From Bacteroidales bacterium (GTDB lineage: Bacteria; Bacteroidota; Bacteroidia; Bacteroidales; JALOCA01), in the NCBI GenBank assembly GCA_963665885.2, contig CAXXDR010000002.1, positions 1,186,910 through 1,250,909 on the forward strand: a DNA stretch of 64,000 nt, given 5' to 3'. The notes under the pieces were generated by a model. That model was not told the origin of the DNA, did no database searches, and saw nothing but the letters and a program-made list of their open reading frames with translations. Position 1 is the first letter of the stretch. Each line of letters begins with the position of its first letter. Shown here piece after piece: positions 35,392 through 44,886 of this stretch. Made by a program: the position numbers and the translations under genes.

Positions 35392-38300
35392 TTACTGAGC
35401 AAGGGTAAACCGCAGGCTAATACCGGCATTGGTAGTGGAATTGGGATACTGCGATGAAATAAACGGATTGGTATTCGATTTTTCAAAAAAGAATCTCAGG
35501 TTGAAATTCTGGCTCATCATGTAGTCGGCCGAAAAATTGATGGTTGTCAGTTTTTGTCCTGCCGAAATCTGGTCAATATCCTCGTCCACCCTGCGGAGGA
35601 TGGTTTTATTATTTCGTATGGAAACATCGCATTTGATGTTCAAGTCGCTTTGAACCTTTGTCTTTTTGCTTTCCACACCGAGTGTTTTCAGGATATATTC
35701 CATATTTTTGAAACGGTAGCCCAGTCCAAACACGAGTTCGGAACTGCGGATTTCCGTAAGCTGGTTATTGACGAAACTCAACGCCAGGTTACGCGATTTT
35801 TTGTATTCCGCACGTGTGCTCAGGTTATTAACCCAGGTGAGGTCAAAACCAATCAACGGACTGAATTGTTCGGTAATGGTAACGACGTCAATCTGGTATT
35901 GAGGCCTGAAATTGTTATAGGCATCCACCGAATCGGCATAGCCGTTGGCCGGATTTACATGATAAAGAATATTCGACCGGTAGGAAGCCACGCTGTAGGT
36001 AGAACGGTAAGCGTGCGAAATGGTTATATTTTTCAGGTAACGGCTCAGGAATTCAATCTTGGATAATCCGTTGTATGTAATCCTCCAGTTGGGTTTTGGT
36101 ATTTTTGGAAAAGGATTAAGATTGGTACTGCCGGCGCTTTTGCCCGAATAAGCCGCTAAGAAGGACGCCATTAATACTTCCTGCGATTTGCTTCCATAAC
36201 CAACCGGAAAGCCGGTGGAGTCGTATTGCTGGTTCCAGTTGGGATTCTGCTGTGCAAGGCGTTTGGCAATCTCAAGGCGGTTGCTTTTGAGCTTTTCAAA
36301 GGTAGCCGATTTGTTATCTTTTGAATCTTTTTCAAAAGCCGTGCCCCAGATATTGTACGAAATAGTAAAGCTGCCGTTATCCACAGCTGATTTTGGAACA
36401 AATTTACCATCCTCCTGCGAATACAGGAAATATTCCTGATGGTTCAGGTTTTCGGTACGGTCGGCATTCAGGTCAATCCGGAAATCAGGTATAGGTTCAA
36501 TGGTTCCTTTAATGGTAAGATTTTTGCTTTTTTTGACATACATGGCATTGTTAAGCAGGGAATCCCTGGAAAGCCAACCTTTAACATTACCGGCAATATC
36601 ACTTATGTCCTTTTGGCTACCAAAAACAAAACCGAGTCCTGGCGCCATATCGTTCAAGCGGTTACCAAAAGCATCAGGTTTGGGCGTAAAGCCAGGTAAA
36701 AGCGTTCCGTTGTTTTCGGAATAGGAGAAAGAAACGTCTTTGAAACCGGTAAGTATGCCCAATACGGTTTTGGAAACTATTTTAACATAATTTACCTTAG
36801 GCTTAATTTCTTCAATTGTATCGTTAGCTGCCTTTTTAGGCATCATTTTTTTCAGGTTCGGCGCGCCAGGACCTTTCGACTGTTTAGATTTACCGTCATC
36901 CAGGTTCTTCAGGAAAGGGATCATGCTGTAGATACCTGTAAGTTTAAATGCGCCGTTCAGTTGTTTTGTATTTGAATTTTCGATGGTATTTCCCATCCGT
37001 TCCTGGAGCGAAACTGGGGAAGCTTCCCAGCGATACACGCTACGATATTGGGTAGTCAGGGTAACCCAGTTTAGCAAAGGCAGTTTATTGATAGGAATAT
37101 TGTAGGAAACCGACGAAGTTTGGTTAAATCGTTGAAGCGTACCAAAGCCAAGGATTTCATCGATAATGGAATCGCGTTTTGCCTTGTAATCTACGTCGTG
37201 TTTGTCGATACGGCCTGCAGGTTCATCAATATAGGCATTGGCATCGGCATGATATTCCAATTTCAGTCCCTGGGTAAGGTCAAATTTAAGGTCGTAAGTT
37301 CTGTTCCAATCCCATTTTTTAACATAACTAGGTTCAATTAAAACCAGTGCATCGCTTTTGTTACGGTATTTGAGTTCGCTATATTCCCGGTTCATATCGG
37401 TACGGAACGAGAATACTTTTGGCATGTAGTAGAAATTAAAATCTTTAAGTATTTGGAAAGCTTTATATTTGGTAAGAATTTTAATTTTATCAAGCGGTTT
37501 TACTATTTTAGGCTGGTTAATAAAGTTGTAGCCTATGCCTCCGCGATATGTTTTTTGCAGATTGTAATCGATATCAATGTTGCGGTGGTAAATTTCGGAA
37601 TAGGCATAGGTTAAATCAAAGTTTTCGATGTCGTAAACGTGATTCTTTTTGGAAGTACCCACTTTTTCCTTGCGCACATTCATGAAGTTGATGTTTTTCC
37701 GCATGGTAAAGTCCTGAACACGTTTTTTCAGGGAATCTTTTTCCTGACTGGTCATGTCTTTAACCTGATCTTTATACAAGATGTCGGGATCTAAAGGATT
37801 ATACTGAGGGTTGCTGCGCGATTCGGAATAATCGAAGTGCATAGGGATACGGATACCGGATTTTTCGGGAAAGAATTTACCGAGTTCAAGATTGGTAGCT
37901 ATATCAAAGTTGGTAATCGTCTCTTTTTGTCTGTCATTAATTTTCTTTTCAATGCTTCCAAAACCCGGGGTGCTGTGGCTTCCCGAAACGGTGAGCGTTC
38001 CGAGGTCGGCAAGGGTGGTGGCAATACGACCGGTAGCGGCAAATCCGCTTTTTTCGTTAAAGTCAGTCAACCGGAGTTCATCGAGCCAGATCTCGGCGTT
38101 TTTTGCCATCCCGTCATCCGCATCGTTTATGGTACGTTTTTTAGGATTGCGGACACCTATCATCAATGCTTTGATATCGCTAAGGCTGGGCGTACCTACA
38201 ACGCTTATCTTATTATTCCCATCGTAAACCACATAAGGCAAGGAGGTAGAAACGGAATTTCCTCCTTTGCGAATATCATTGTTCCGGAGTTCTTTGGCAT

Positions 38301-41300
38301 CCACCAGTTTGCTTAGCTCAATGTTAAAACTATTACTATCGGGCCAAATGGCTTCGGCGTTAGCCGAGGATGTATACCAGGGAGTAAAGGATACCGGAAC
38401 TTCATATTCGTAATAGTTCTGCGTAAAATCGGAGCCCATGCGGATAAAAACAGTCATGTCGCCCTGTTTCAGATTATCGTTATGGTTCACTTCTTCGGCA
38501 TGTACATACATTTTCAGCCGTTTATACTGGCGAAAATCGAAATCGGTGGTTTTAAAAGCTCCGCGAGCATCTCCATCCATCAGGTTGGTAACTTTAAAAT
38601 CAATAGACTGCTCGTTGAGTTTTTGCATATTGGTAGTTCCCAGGTTGACTTCGCGTTCGATATCGGGAGGCAGCACGTAGGGTATGGGTTTACGGCTACC
38701 GTTTTCTTCAATGCTCACGGCAGAGATGTCGAATTGGGTCTCGTTTTGTTCATCGTTGGGAATATATTCGCCATTTGCCAATAAACTCTGATCGTATTTG
38801 CGCCATTCCCCGCGAACCAGTTCGAGCGTGGCAAAACGGCAAACCACAGGTTGAATAAAGTCTTTAAAAAACATACGCATAAAGCGGATAGATTTAAAAT
38901 CCTGGATATTGCCTACAACTTTGTCGGGCGAATGAATAGGAATCTTAAACTGGTACCATTTCACTGTGGCGCGTTTACCGTTATCGAGCGGAATATTCTG
39001 AGCGGTATAAATATCGGAAATATAATTCTGGCCGATGACCATTTTTTCGGGACGGAGTTCTACCTTATACTGGAAATATCTTTCGCCGGTGCTCAAGGTA
39101 TTGTCTTTGTTGATATCCTCTACGTTGGGAAGATTTGTGGCTTGAGTTTCAATGGCTCCTGTGGGCGAATTGCCTTCCGGACCATTAAATTGTTTATATC
39201 TTTCGAGTATGCTCCGGTATTTTACGTCTTTGTCGTAATCGCTGCCCCGGAAATAATGGTAATCGTCAGCCGAAGGGTCGTTAAAGGCTTCTAAATAGGC
39301 TTCGGATCCTGTGCCGTAGAGCGATTCAATTTGCTGGAGATAGTTGCCGTAAAAAAATGAGCGTTCATCATCATCGCCCAAGCCATCGTAACCGACATCC
39401 TGGAATTTACGAGCAGCGGCGTCGTTTGAAAATCCCGAAACCAATGCCTGTAAACGTGGAACTCTGCCCCAAATGGTTGTGTCTACATCGGATACATCAG
39501 CTGAAGTGGGTAATCCATTTTCATAACTTTTTCTTCCGTCGCGCAGAATATCTTCCGAAATGTCGCCGAGGTTAAAATACAGATTACCGCCCGGAGGATT
39601 GGCAATAGTATCGTCGGCAAAGGGATCCATCATCCAGAACTCAATGTATTCCACATTAGTCGCCTCAAAATCGGTGGTTTCCATTTTGCGCATGATACCA
39701 CCCCAGCGGGTTTCGGGCGAACGAAGTGATCCGTCGGCATTTAAACCCTGCGAAACTCCCGGAATACCGGTAACGTCGTAGTTGTTTGGACCTCGCTCCT
39801 GGGGATAATAAGCCAGGTTGAATACCGGGATATTCGTTGGTTGTCCGTTTGGCGGGTCAATGTTAGGAAAAATTTCGCTTTCGCGGATATAACGCACTGC
39901 ATTTTTCGAGAGTTCGTTTTTATCAACATTGGCTGGTTTAAGGTTGCCAGTACGGTCGTAAAACAAAGGATCAATGATATACCAGGCTAATTTTGCGCGA
40001 TTGAATCCATATTTAATGCCTGTGTTTTGTGCAGCTTCGGGAAACATGCCGTATTCGGTTTGCCCTTCGGGTGTGCTTGCCATAAACCAATTGGAGAGGA
40101 TGGCGCTTTTTAGATCAATGGTAGATTTGGCGCCTTCAAAATCGTCAATGTACGAGGTTCCCGATTTGCCAATGGCTTTGGAATGTCCGGGGATAAATTG
40201 TGCAAATTCACCGTTGAATGTAATTTTGGAAGGTGCTTTTGTTGAATAAAATGGTAGCTTGTCCAACATTTTTGTCAACCAGCGCGATTCGGTTTGGTAG
40301 CTTGCATCCATACCCCAGATCGTATTGGAAATGGGGTCGTCGCCGAAATTGGTTTTCTGGGTCAGGGGGCGTTCGCGCATATTGAGTATCGTAGCGCCTA
40401 TGGATAAATCTTTGTTTGCCGCATAATCCACATGAGCGCCCATCAGTCGCTGGGTCTGGATATTAAACTGGGCATTGTTTTCGAGCGAAATATTTACCGG
40501 AGTACCGGAATTAAGAATGCCTTCGTTGATAATACGAACCCTGCCGAGGGTATAATCCACCGTATAATCTACATTTTCGGTAAGCGGAGTGCCACCGGCG
40601 GTAACTTTAACCGATCCCTGAGGCACATTGAGCGCATTGAGCGAAATTTCGGAACCAGCACTCGACTTGTACATCCCATCAAGAACATATTTGTTTTTTG
40701 CCGGATATTGCTGGGCGCCTGTTTTGGTCATGGTATAAAGGGAATCGTAGCAATATTTATTGGCAAACGTCGGATCGTTTAATTTATCGCGAAGGTAACT
40801 TCCGAATGGCTCAAGCATGGTAAAATATACGCGCCCGCTCGACGATTGTATTGTACCGCCGTTGGTGGCGGCACCATCAATAAAATCAAACATGCCGTCG
40901 TGTGGCGGATTGCTTTGCGGAGTCAGGTTATCGAAATTAAACACTTGAAGCAGGGGTGTGCCTTTTAAAGGACCTTCGGTGAAATAACCCGTAGGAACGC
41001 CGTTATCGTTACCCGAATAGAGAATGTTAAGTACAAAATCAGAAGAATTGACCTGATAAGCGCCGATGTTGTATACATTTTTCATCATCAGATCCCACAT
41101 CGGGAGCTTGGTGTTGAGGGCTGTACTTTTCAAAAGTTTTACACGGAGACTTCCCGGGGTATTGATACCCTGATCAGAAAATTCACCCACCTGATAAACC
41201 TGATTTTCGCCTATAACTGTGTATTGATAAGAAACAGCAAGTACCTGATCGGAATTAATGGCTGAGTTTAAAGAGATAAAACCTAATTTGCTGTTGAAAG

Positions 41301-42639
41301 TAAATTCGGAAGAGCTCAACTTACGGGCGCTTTCCACCACTTCAAAATCCTGACCGGCGACAAAATTATAAGGTAAGGTTACCAGATAATTAGGCGCTTT
41401 GTAAACATTGCGAAGCTGGGAAGTATCGGAAGCCAGGCTAAACAAGTTGTTTGTTTCGTTGGAAGGATAAGCGTTGGCATTGAAATTATTATTAATTTTT
41501 TTATTGTAAGGTGTGGCTTCACCAAGATCGGCAAAAGCGACGATGTTGCGGTTGTCGGTTACAGCAGCGCCTATCTGTGTTATCCAGACTTCAATCTTGG
41601 TTATATTAATATTAGATTGAATAATAGGAAGTTGGGAAAGAGATTTCTGGTAATTATCACGGAAATACTGTGAAAGAAAATAGTGACGATTTTCTTCATA
41701 TTCGTCGGCTTTGATGCTGAATTTACTGGTTTGAGCTCCACCCTGAACGGTAATGTTTTGAGTCTGGCTCTTTTGTTCGGAATAGACACCGGTAAAAGTA
41801 ACTTTTCCAAACTGCAACTGGGTTTTTAATCCGAAAAGGCTCTGACTACCATTGATCAACGTACTGTTAAGCGGGAGTGTAACATCGCCTGCTTCAATAA
41901 GTTTTACAATTTCATCTTCTTTACCTTCGTATTTTAGTTTCAGTTTGTTTTCAAAGCCAAAGGAAGCTTCGGTATTGTAATTAGTCTGAAATTCAATTTT
42001 GTCGCCAATTTTTGCCGCTACGTTCATTTGGATTTTTTCCTGGAAGTCGAAGTTGGTCGTACGGCGTTGGCGTACACTCAACGCAGGGTCTTCGCGTTTG
42101 TTTGATAAAATACCAAATATCAGTTCGGCAGAACCTTGCGGACGAATGTCGATGGTGTTGCTTCCGAAAATTTTGTCAAACACTTCGCCTCCAATGCGGA
42201 TAGGCGGAATAATTCCTTCTGCGCTTGCCTTGCTGGTAGAAGACGACCGTTGACGCCAGTAATTCTGTAGCGACCGGTTTTGATCGAGTTTCTGATAGTC
42301 GTCAAAAGACATTACGGCAGGCTCTCCCAATGTGCGGCCGCCTATTCTCCGTTTCAGGATATACTGATTGGTAGCGGGATCGTATTCTTCGGTAGCGGTA
42401 ACGTTGGACGGGTCTTTTAAATATAAGCCGCTTTTGTTTTGAACGGGTATAGGATTTTCCAGATCCTGATGAAAAGGGTATGGGATTTTTTTGCCGGTAT
42501 CCTGCCGGTCGATGGAATCGGGAGGAAAAGCGTTGTATTTTATTCGTACTTTATTAGTTGAGGCTGTACCAACCCATACTAAAGCTAAAAATAAAGATAA
42601 AACTAAAAATTTAAAGGAATGTAGAGTAAGCTGCTTCAA
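35392..42639 (-). CDS. sprA: T9SS outer-membrane translocon SprA (Sov)
   Basis: The 2415-aa ORF has a signal peptide. Its size matches SprA (about 2400 aa) and its composition is beta-rich. It lies next to ruvA, an arrangement I recall as common in Bacteroidota (unverified). The C-terminus ends ...NAGISLRFTLAQ. Confidence 0.85.
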   Translation of the reverse strand: MKQLTLHSFKFLVLSLFLALVWVGTASTNKVRIKYNAFPPDSIDRQDTGKKIPYPFHQDLENPIPVQNKSGLYLKDPSNVTATEEYDPATNQYILKRRIGGRTLGEPAVMSFDDYQKLDQNRSLQNYWRQRSSSTSKASAEGIIPPIRIGGEVFDKIFGSNTIDIRPQGSAELIFGILSNKREDPALSVRQRRTTNFDFQEKIQMNVAAKIGDKIEFQTNYNTEASFGFENKLKLKYEGKEDEIVKLIEAGDVTLPLNSTLINGSQSLFGLKTQLQFGKVTFTGVYSEQKSQTQNITVQGGAQTSKFSIKADEYEENRHYFLSQYFRDNYQKSLSQLPIIQSNINITKIEVWITQIGAAVTDNRNIVAFADLGEATPYNKKINNNFNANAYPSNETNNLFSLASDTSQLRNVYKAPNYLVTLPYNFVAGQDFEVVESARKLSSSEFTFNSKLGFISLNSAINSDQVLAVSYQYTVIGENQVYQVGEFSDQGINTPGSLRVKLLKSTALNTKLPMWDLMMKNVYNIGAYQVNSSDFVLNILYSGNDNGVPTGYFTEGPLKGTPLLQVFNFDNLTPQSNPPHDGMFDFIDGAATNGGTIQSSSGRVYFTMLEPFGSYLRDKLNDPTFANKYCYDSLYTMTKTGAQQYPAKNKYVLDGMYKSSAGSEISLNALNVPQGSVKVTAGGTPLTENVDYTVDYTLGRVRIINEGILNSGTPVNISLENNAQFNIQTQRLMGAHVDYAANKDLSIGATILNMRERPLTQKTNFGDDPISNTIWGMDASYQTESRWLTKMLDKLPFYSTKAPSKITFNGEFAQFIPGHSKAIGKSGTSYIDDFEGAKSTIDLKSAILSNWFMASTPEGQTEYGMFPEAAQNTGIKYGFNRAKLAWYIIDPLFYDRTGNLKPANVDKNELSKNAVRYIRESEIFPNIDPPNGQPTNIPVFNLAYYPQERGPNNYDVTGIPGVSQGLNADGSLRSPETRWGGIMRKMETTDFEATNVEYIEFWMMDPFADDTIANPPGGNLYFNLGDISEDILRDGRKSYENGLPTSADVSDVDTTIWGRVPRLQALVSGFSNDAAARKFQDVGYDGLGDDDERSFFYGNYLQQIESLYGTGSEAYLEAFNDPSADDYHYFRGSDYDKDVKYRSILERYKQFNGPEGNSPTGAIETQATNLPNVEDINKDNTLSTGERYFQYKVELRPEKMVIGQNYISDIYTAQNIPLDNGKRATVKWYQFKIPIHSPDKVVGNIQDFKSIRFMRMFFKDFIQPVVCRFATLELVRGEWRKYDQSLLANGEYIPNDEQNETQFDISAVSIEENGSRKPIPYVLPPDIEREVNLGTTNMQKLNEQSIDFKVTNLMDGDARGAFKTTDFDFRQYKRLKMYVHAEEVNHNDNLKQGDMTVFIRMGSDFTQNYYEYEVPVSFTPWYTSSANAEAIWPDSNSFNIELSKLVDAKELRNNDIRKGGNSVSTSLPYVVYDGNNKISVVGTPSLSDIKALMIGVRNPKKRTINDADDGMAKNAEIWLDELRLTDFNEKSGFAATGRIATTLADLGTLTVSGSHSTPGFGSIEKKINDRQKETITNFDIATNLELGKFFPEKSGIRIPMHFDYSESRSNPQYNPLDPDILYKDQVKDMTSQEKDSLKKRVQDFTMRKNINFMNVRKEKVGTSKKNHVYDIENFDLTYAYSEIYHRNIDIDYNLQKTYRGGIGYNFINQPKIVKPLDKIKILTKYKAFQILKDFNFYYMPKVFSFRTDMNREYSELKYRNKSDALVLIEPSYVKKWDWNRTYDLKFDLTQGLKLEYHADANAYIDEPAGRIDKHDVDYKAKRDSIIDEILGFGTLQRFNQTSSVSYNIPINKLPLLNWVTLTTQYRSVYRWEASPVSLQERMGNTIENSNTKQLNGAFKLTGIYSMIPFLKNLDDGKSKQSKGPGAPNLKKMMPKKAANDTIEEIKPKVNYVKIVSKTVLGILTGFKDVSFSYSENNGTLLPGFTPKPDAFGNRLNDMAPGLGFVFGSQKDISDIAGNVKGWLSRDSLLNNAMYVKKSKNLTIKGTIEPIPDFRIDLNADRTENLNHQEYFLYSQEDGKFVPKSAVDNGSFTISYNIWGTAFEKDSKDNKSATFEKLKSNRLEIAKRLAQQNPNWNQQYDSTGFPVGYGSKSQEVLMASFLAAYSGKSAGSTNLNPFPKIPKPNWRITYNGLSKIEFLSRYLKNITISHAYRSTYSVASYRSNILYHVNPANGYADSVDAYNNFRPQYQIDVVTITEQFSPLIGFDLTWVNNLSTRAEYKKSRNLALSFVNNQLTEIRSSELVFGLGYRFKNMEYILKTLGVESKKTKVQSDLNIKCDVSIRNNKTILRRVDEDIDQISAGQKLTTINFSADYMMSQNFNLRFFFEKSNTNPFISSQYPNSTTNAGISLRFTLAQ

Positions 42640-42731
42640 TGAATTTTCAAGTTTAATTCGACTAATTATTTATCACAATTTATCGGAATTTGATTCCCTT
42701 CTGATTCTGTCACTACGCATTGAGGCTTGAC

Positions 42732-43322
42732 TTACAGAATTTTTAACGCACTCTTTATTAGTTGTTCCACCGAAAGGTTAGTGCCTGCCGGATCAGAGGA
42801 AATAATTTTCTCAAGTGTTTTATCGGCAAGGCTTTTATTAAAACCGAGCATCGTCAATCCAGATAACGCTTCATTTTTATGCGTATTGTGTGAAATATCC
42901 AAAATATCTTTAGCTATCATCTCTTTCCCAAGTTTATCACGCAGGTCAATGATAATGCGTTGAGCCGATTTGGCGCCGATACCCTTTACCGACTGCAATA
43001 CACCGGCTTTTCCCTGGCTTATCGCCTGGTGGACTTCGTCGGTGGTAAGCGATGATAAAATCATACGGGCTGTGCCGGCGCCAACACCCGAAACGGAAAT
43101 CAGATGACGGAAAAGGGTACGTTCGGCTTCGAGTGCAAAACCGAACAGCATCATCGCATCTTCCCTTACTACCAAATGGGTGAACAGTTTATACCGTTCG
43201 TGCTCTTTGATAAGCGTGTAAGTTTGTAATGATATATTCAGAAAATATCCTATACCTCCTGTTTCAACCACAACGTATGCCGGGTTGGTTTCCGCTAATT
43301 TACCCTCTATAAATGAATACAT
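42732..43322 (-). CDS. ruvA: Holliday junction branch migration complex subunit RuvA
   Basis: The 196-aa ORF contains MYSFIEGKL...VVVETGGIGYFLNISLQTY...LISVSGVGAGTARMILS...GIGAKSAQRIIIDLRDK (HhH motifs). Confidence 0.95.
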   Translation of the reverse strand: MYSFIEGKLAETNPAYVVVETGGIGYFLNISLQTYTLIKEHERYKLFTHLVVREDAMMLFGFALEAERTLFRHLISVSGVGAGTARMILSSLTTDEVHQAISQGKAGVLQSVKGIGAKSAQRIIIDLRDKLGKEMIAKDILDISHNTHKNEALSGLTMLGFNKSLADKTLEKIISSDPAGTNLSVEQLIKSALKIL

Positions 43323-43451
43323 GAATTATAATTTTGCCTTTTGTTCCGACCTTAAGCTATTCTTTTAAAAAGCAAAAGCAAACATACACGATTTTTTTTA
43401 CATACAGCTTACGGCTGAAGAAAAAAATACTAAACTGGCAGAAAATATTTA

Positions 43452-44672
43452 TTATAAACTTTTGATATTGATGGTATCCGCAGCCAGGTACCCGGTGGAG
43501 AATGCCGCCTGAAGATTATAGCCGCCGGTATCTCCGTCGATGTCGAGGACTTCGCCGGCGAAATAAAGGTTTTTCACCAGCTTGGATTCCATGGTTTTCG
43601 ACGAAACTTCATTCAGCGAAATGCCTCCCCGCGTGGTCATTGCCATAGTGAAGCCACCGGTGCTTTCGATTTCAAAAGGATATTCGCAAAACGAAACCAC
43701 TAAGTTATTCCGTTGTTCCCTGGTGATTTGGGCAAGCTTATGGTCGGGTTTCAAATGGAGTTCGTCCAAAATCAGTTTCATCAGGCTGCGGGGAATATCA
43801 TAATTTTTCATCAGCATTTGTATCGTCATTTTTCCTTCCTTTTCGGCGGTTTCCATAAAAGTTTCGCGGAAATTTTCCGTATTCTGTTTGATAATATTCA
43901 ATTTTAAGATGTCGCCGCTTTGGATATTACGCGAAAAATCGAGTATGCCCGGACCGGAAAGTCCTTTGTGTGTGAAGCCAATATCGCCTCGGTGTCCTGC
44001 AATTTTTTTGTTTGCACGAAAAAGAAAAACGGGAACATCCTGCAGGGAAACGCCGGCAAGCCCGGTCATGGTGAAACGACGGATGAAAACCGGGGTAAGC
44101 GCTGGTTTGGGCGGAATGATGGAATGTCCCAACTGCTTGGCAAAATGATAACCATCGCCTGTGGAACCGGTGGATGGATACGACATTCCTCCGGTGGCAA
44201 TGACAAGGTTTTTACAGCCATATTCATCGGCAATAGTTTTTATCAGGAATCCGTCGGCAGTTTTTTCGACCGTTAGAACGGCGTCGTGAGAAAAGATGCT
44301 GATATTGTGTTTGGCACATTCACCGGTAAGTATTTTTAAAATATCGGATGAGCGCAAGGAAGCCGGGAAGACTTTTCCGTTTTTGTCGGTGATGATTCCG
44401 AGACCTCGTTGGGTGAAGAAATTCATCAGGTGGGTGTTGGTAAATTTTCGTAATGCCGGTTTCAGAAAGCGGAAATTGGAACCGTAATGGCTCAGGAAAT
44501 CCGCAATATCGCCTTCGTGGGTAAAATTGCATTGCCCCGAGCCGGAAATGAGGAGTTTTTTACCCGGCTCAGCATTTTTTTCGAGCACTGCCGTTTTAAG
44601 GCTTTGGCAGTGTATTGCCGCAAACAGCCCGGCAGGTCCGCCTCCGATAATAAGAGTATCAAATGTTTGCAA
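43452..44672 (-). CDS. BaiN/RdsA (HI0933-like) family NAD(P)/FAD-dependent oxidoreductase
   Basis: The 406-aa ORF has FDTLIIGGGPAGLFAA (dinucleotide-binding), KKLLISGSGQCNFTH and YFAGEVLDIDGDTGGYNLQAAFSTG. Confidence 0.85.
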   Translation of the reverse strand: MQTFDTLIIGGGPAGLFAAIHCQSLKTAVLEKNAEPGKKLLISGSGQCNFTHEGDIADFLSHYGSNFRFLKPALRKFTNTHLMNFFTQRGLGIITDKNGKVFPASLRSSDILKILTGECAKHNISIFSHDAVLTVEKTADGFLIKTIADEYGCKNLVIATGGMSYPSTGSTGDGYHFAKQLGHSIIPPKPALTPVFIRRFTMTGLAGVSLQDVPVFLFRANKKIAGHRGDIGFTHKGLSGPGILDFSRNIQSGDILKLNIIKQNTENFRETFMETAEKEGKMTIQMLMKNYDIPRSLMKLILDELHLKPDHKLAQITREQRNNLVVSFCEYPFEIESTGGFTMAMTTRGGISLNEVSSKTMESKLVKNLYFAGEVLDIDGDTGGYNLQAAFSTGYLAADTINIKSL

Positions 44673-44837
44673 TGGTTTTATTTTGTTTAAAAATGAAGAA
44701 TTGCCGGCTAAACGTGCGTTTCTTTTTCTTTTTCAAAAGTACTTTTTAATTTGTAACTAACCAGTACCTAAAGTTATGAATGTCTAAAGTGCTTAAGCGG
44801 AATGGCAAACAGTAAAGAGACTAAAATTTTCAGGCAC

Positions 44838-44864
44838 AAAAAAAGGGGTCTCATCGGAGACCCC
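44838..44864 (-). terminator. Rho-independent terminator of the giant gene
   Basis: On the minus strand the GGGGTCTC/GAGACCCC stem (loop CGAT) is followed by TTTTTTT. It lies about 25 nt after the stop at 44887. Confidence 0.75.
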
Positions 44865-44886
44865 TTAAGGAATATCAATTTAATGA

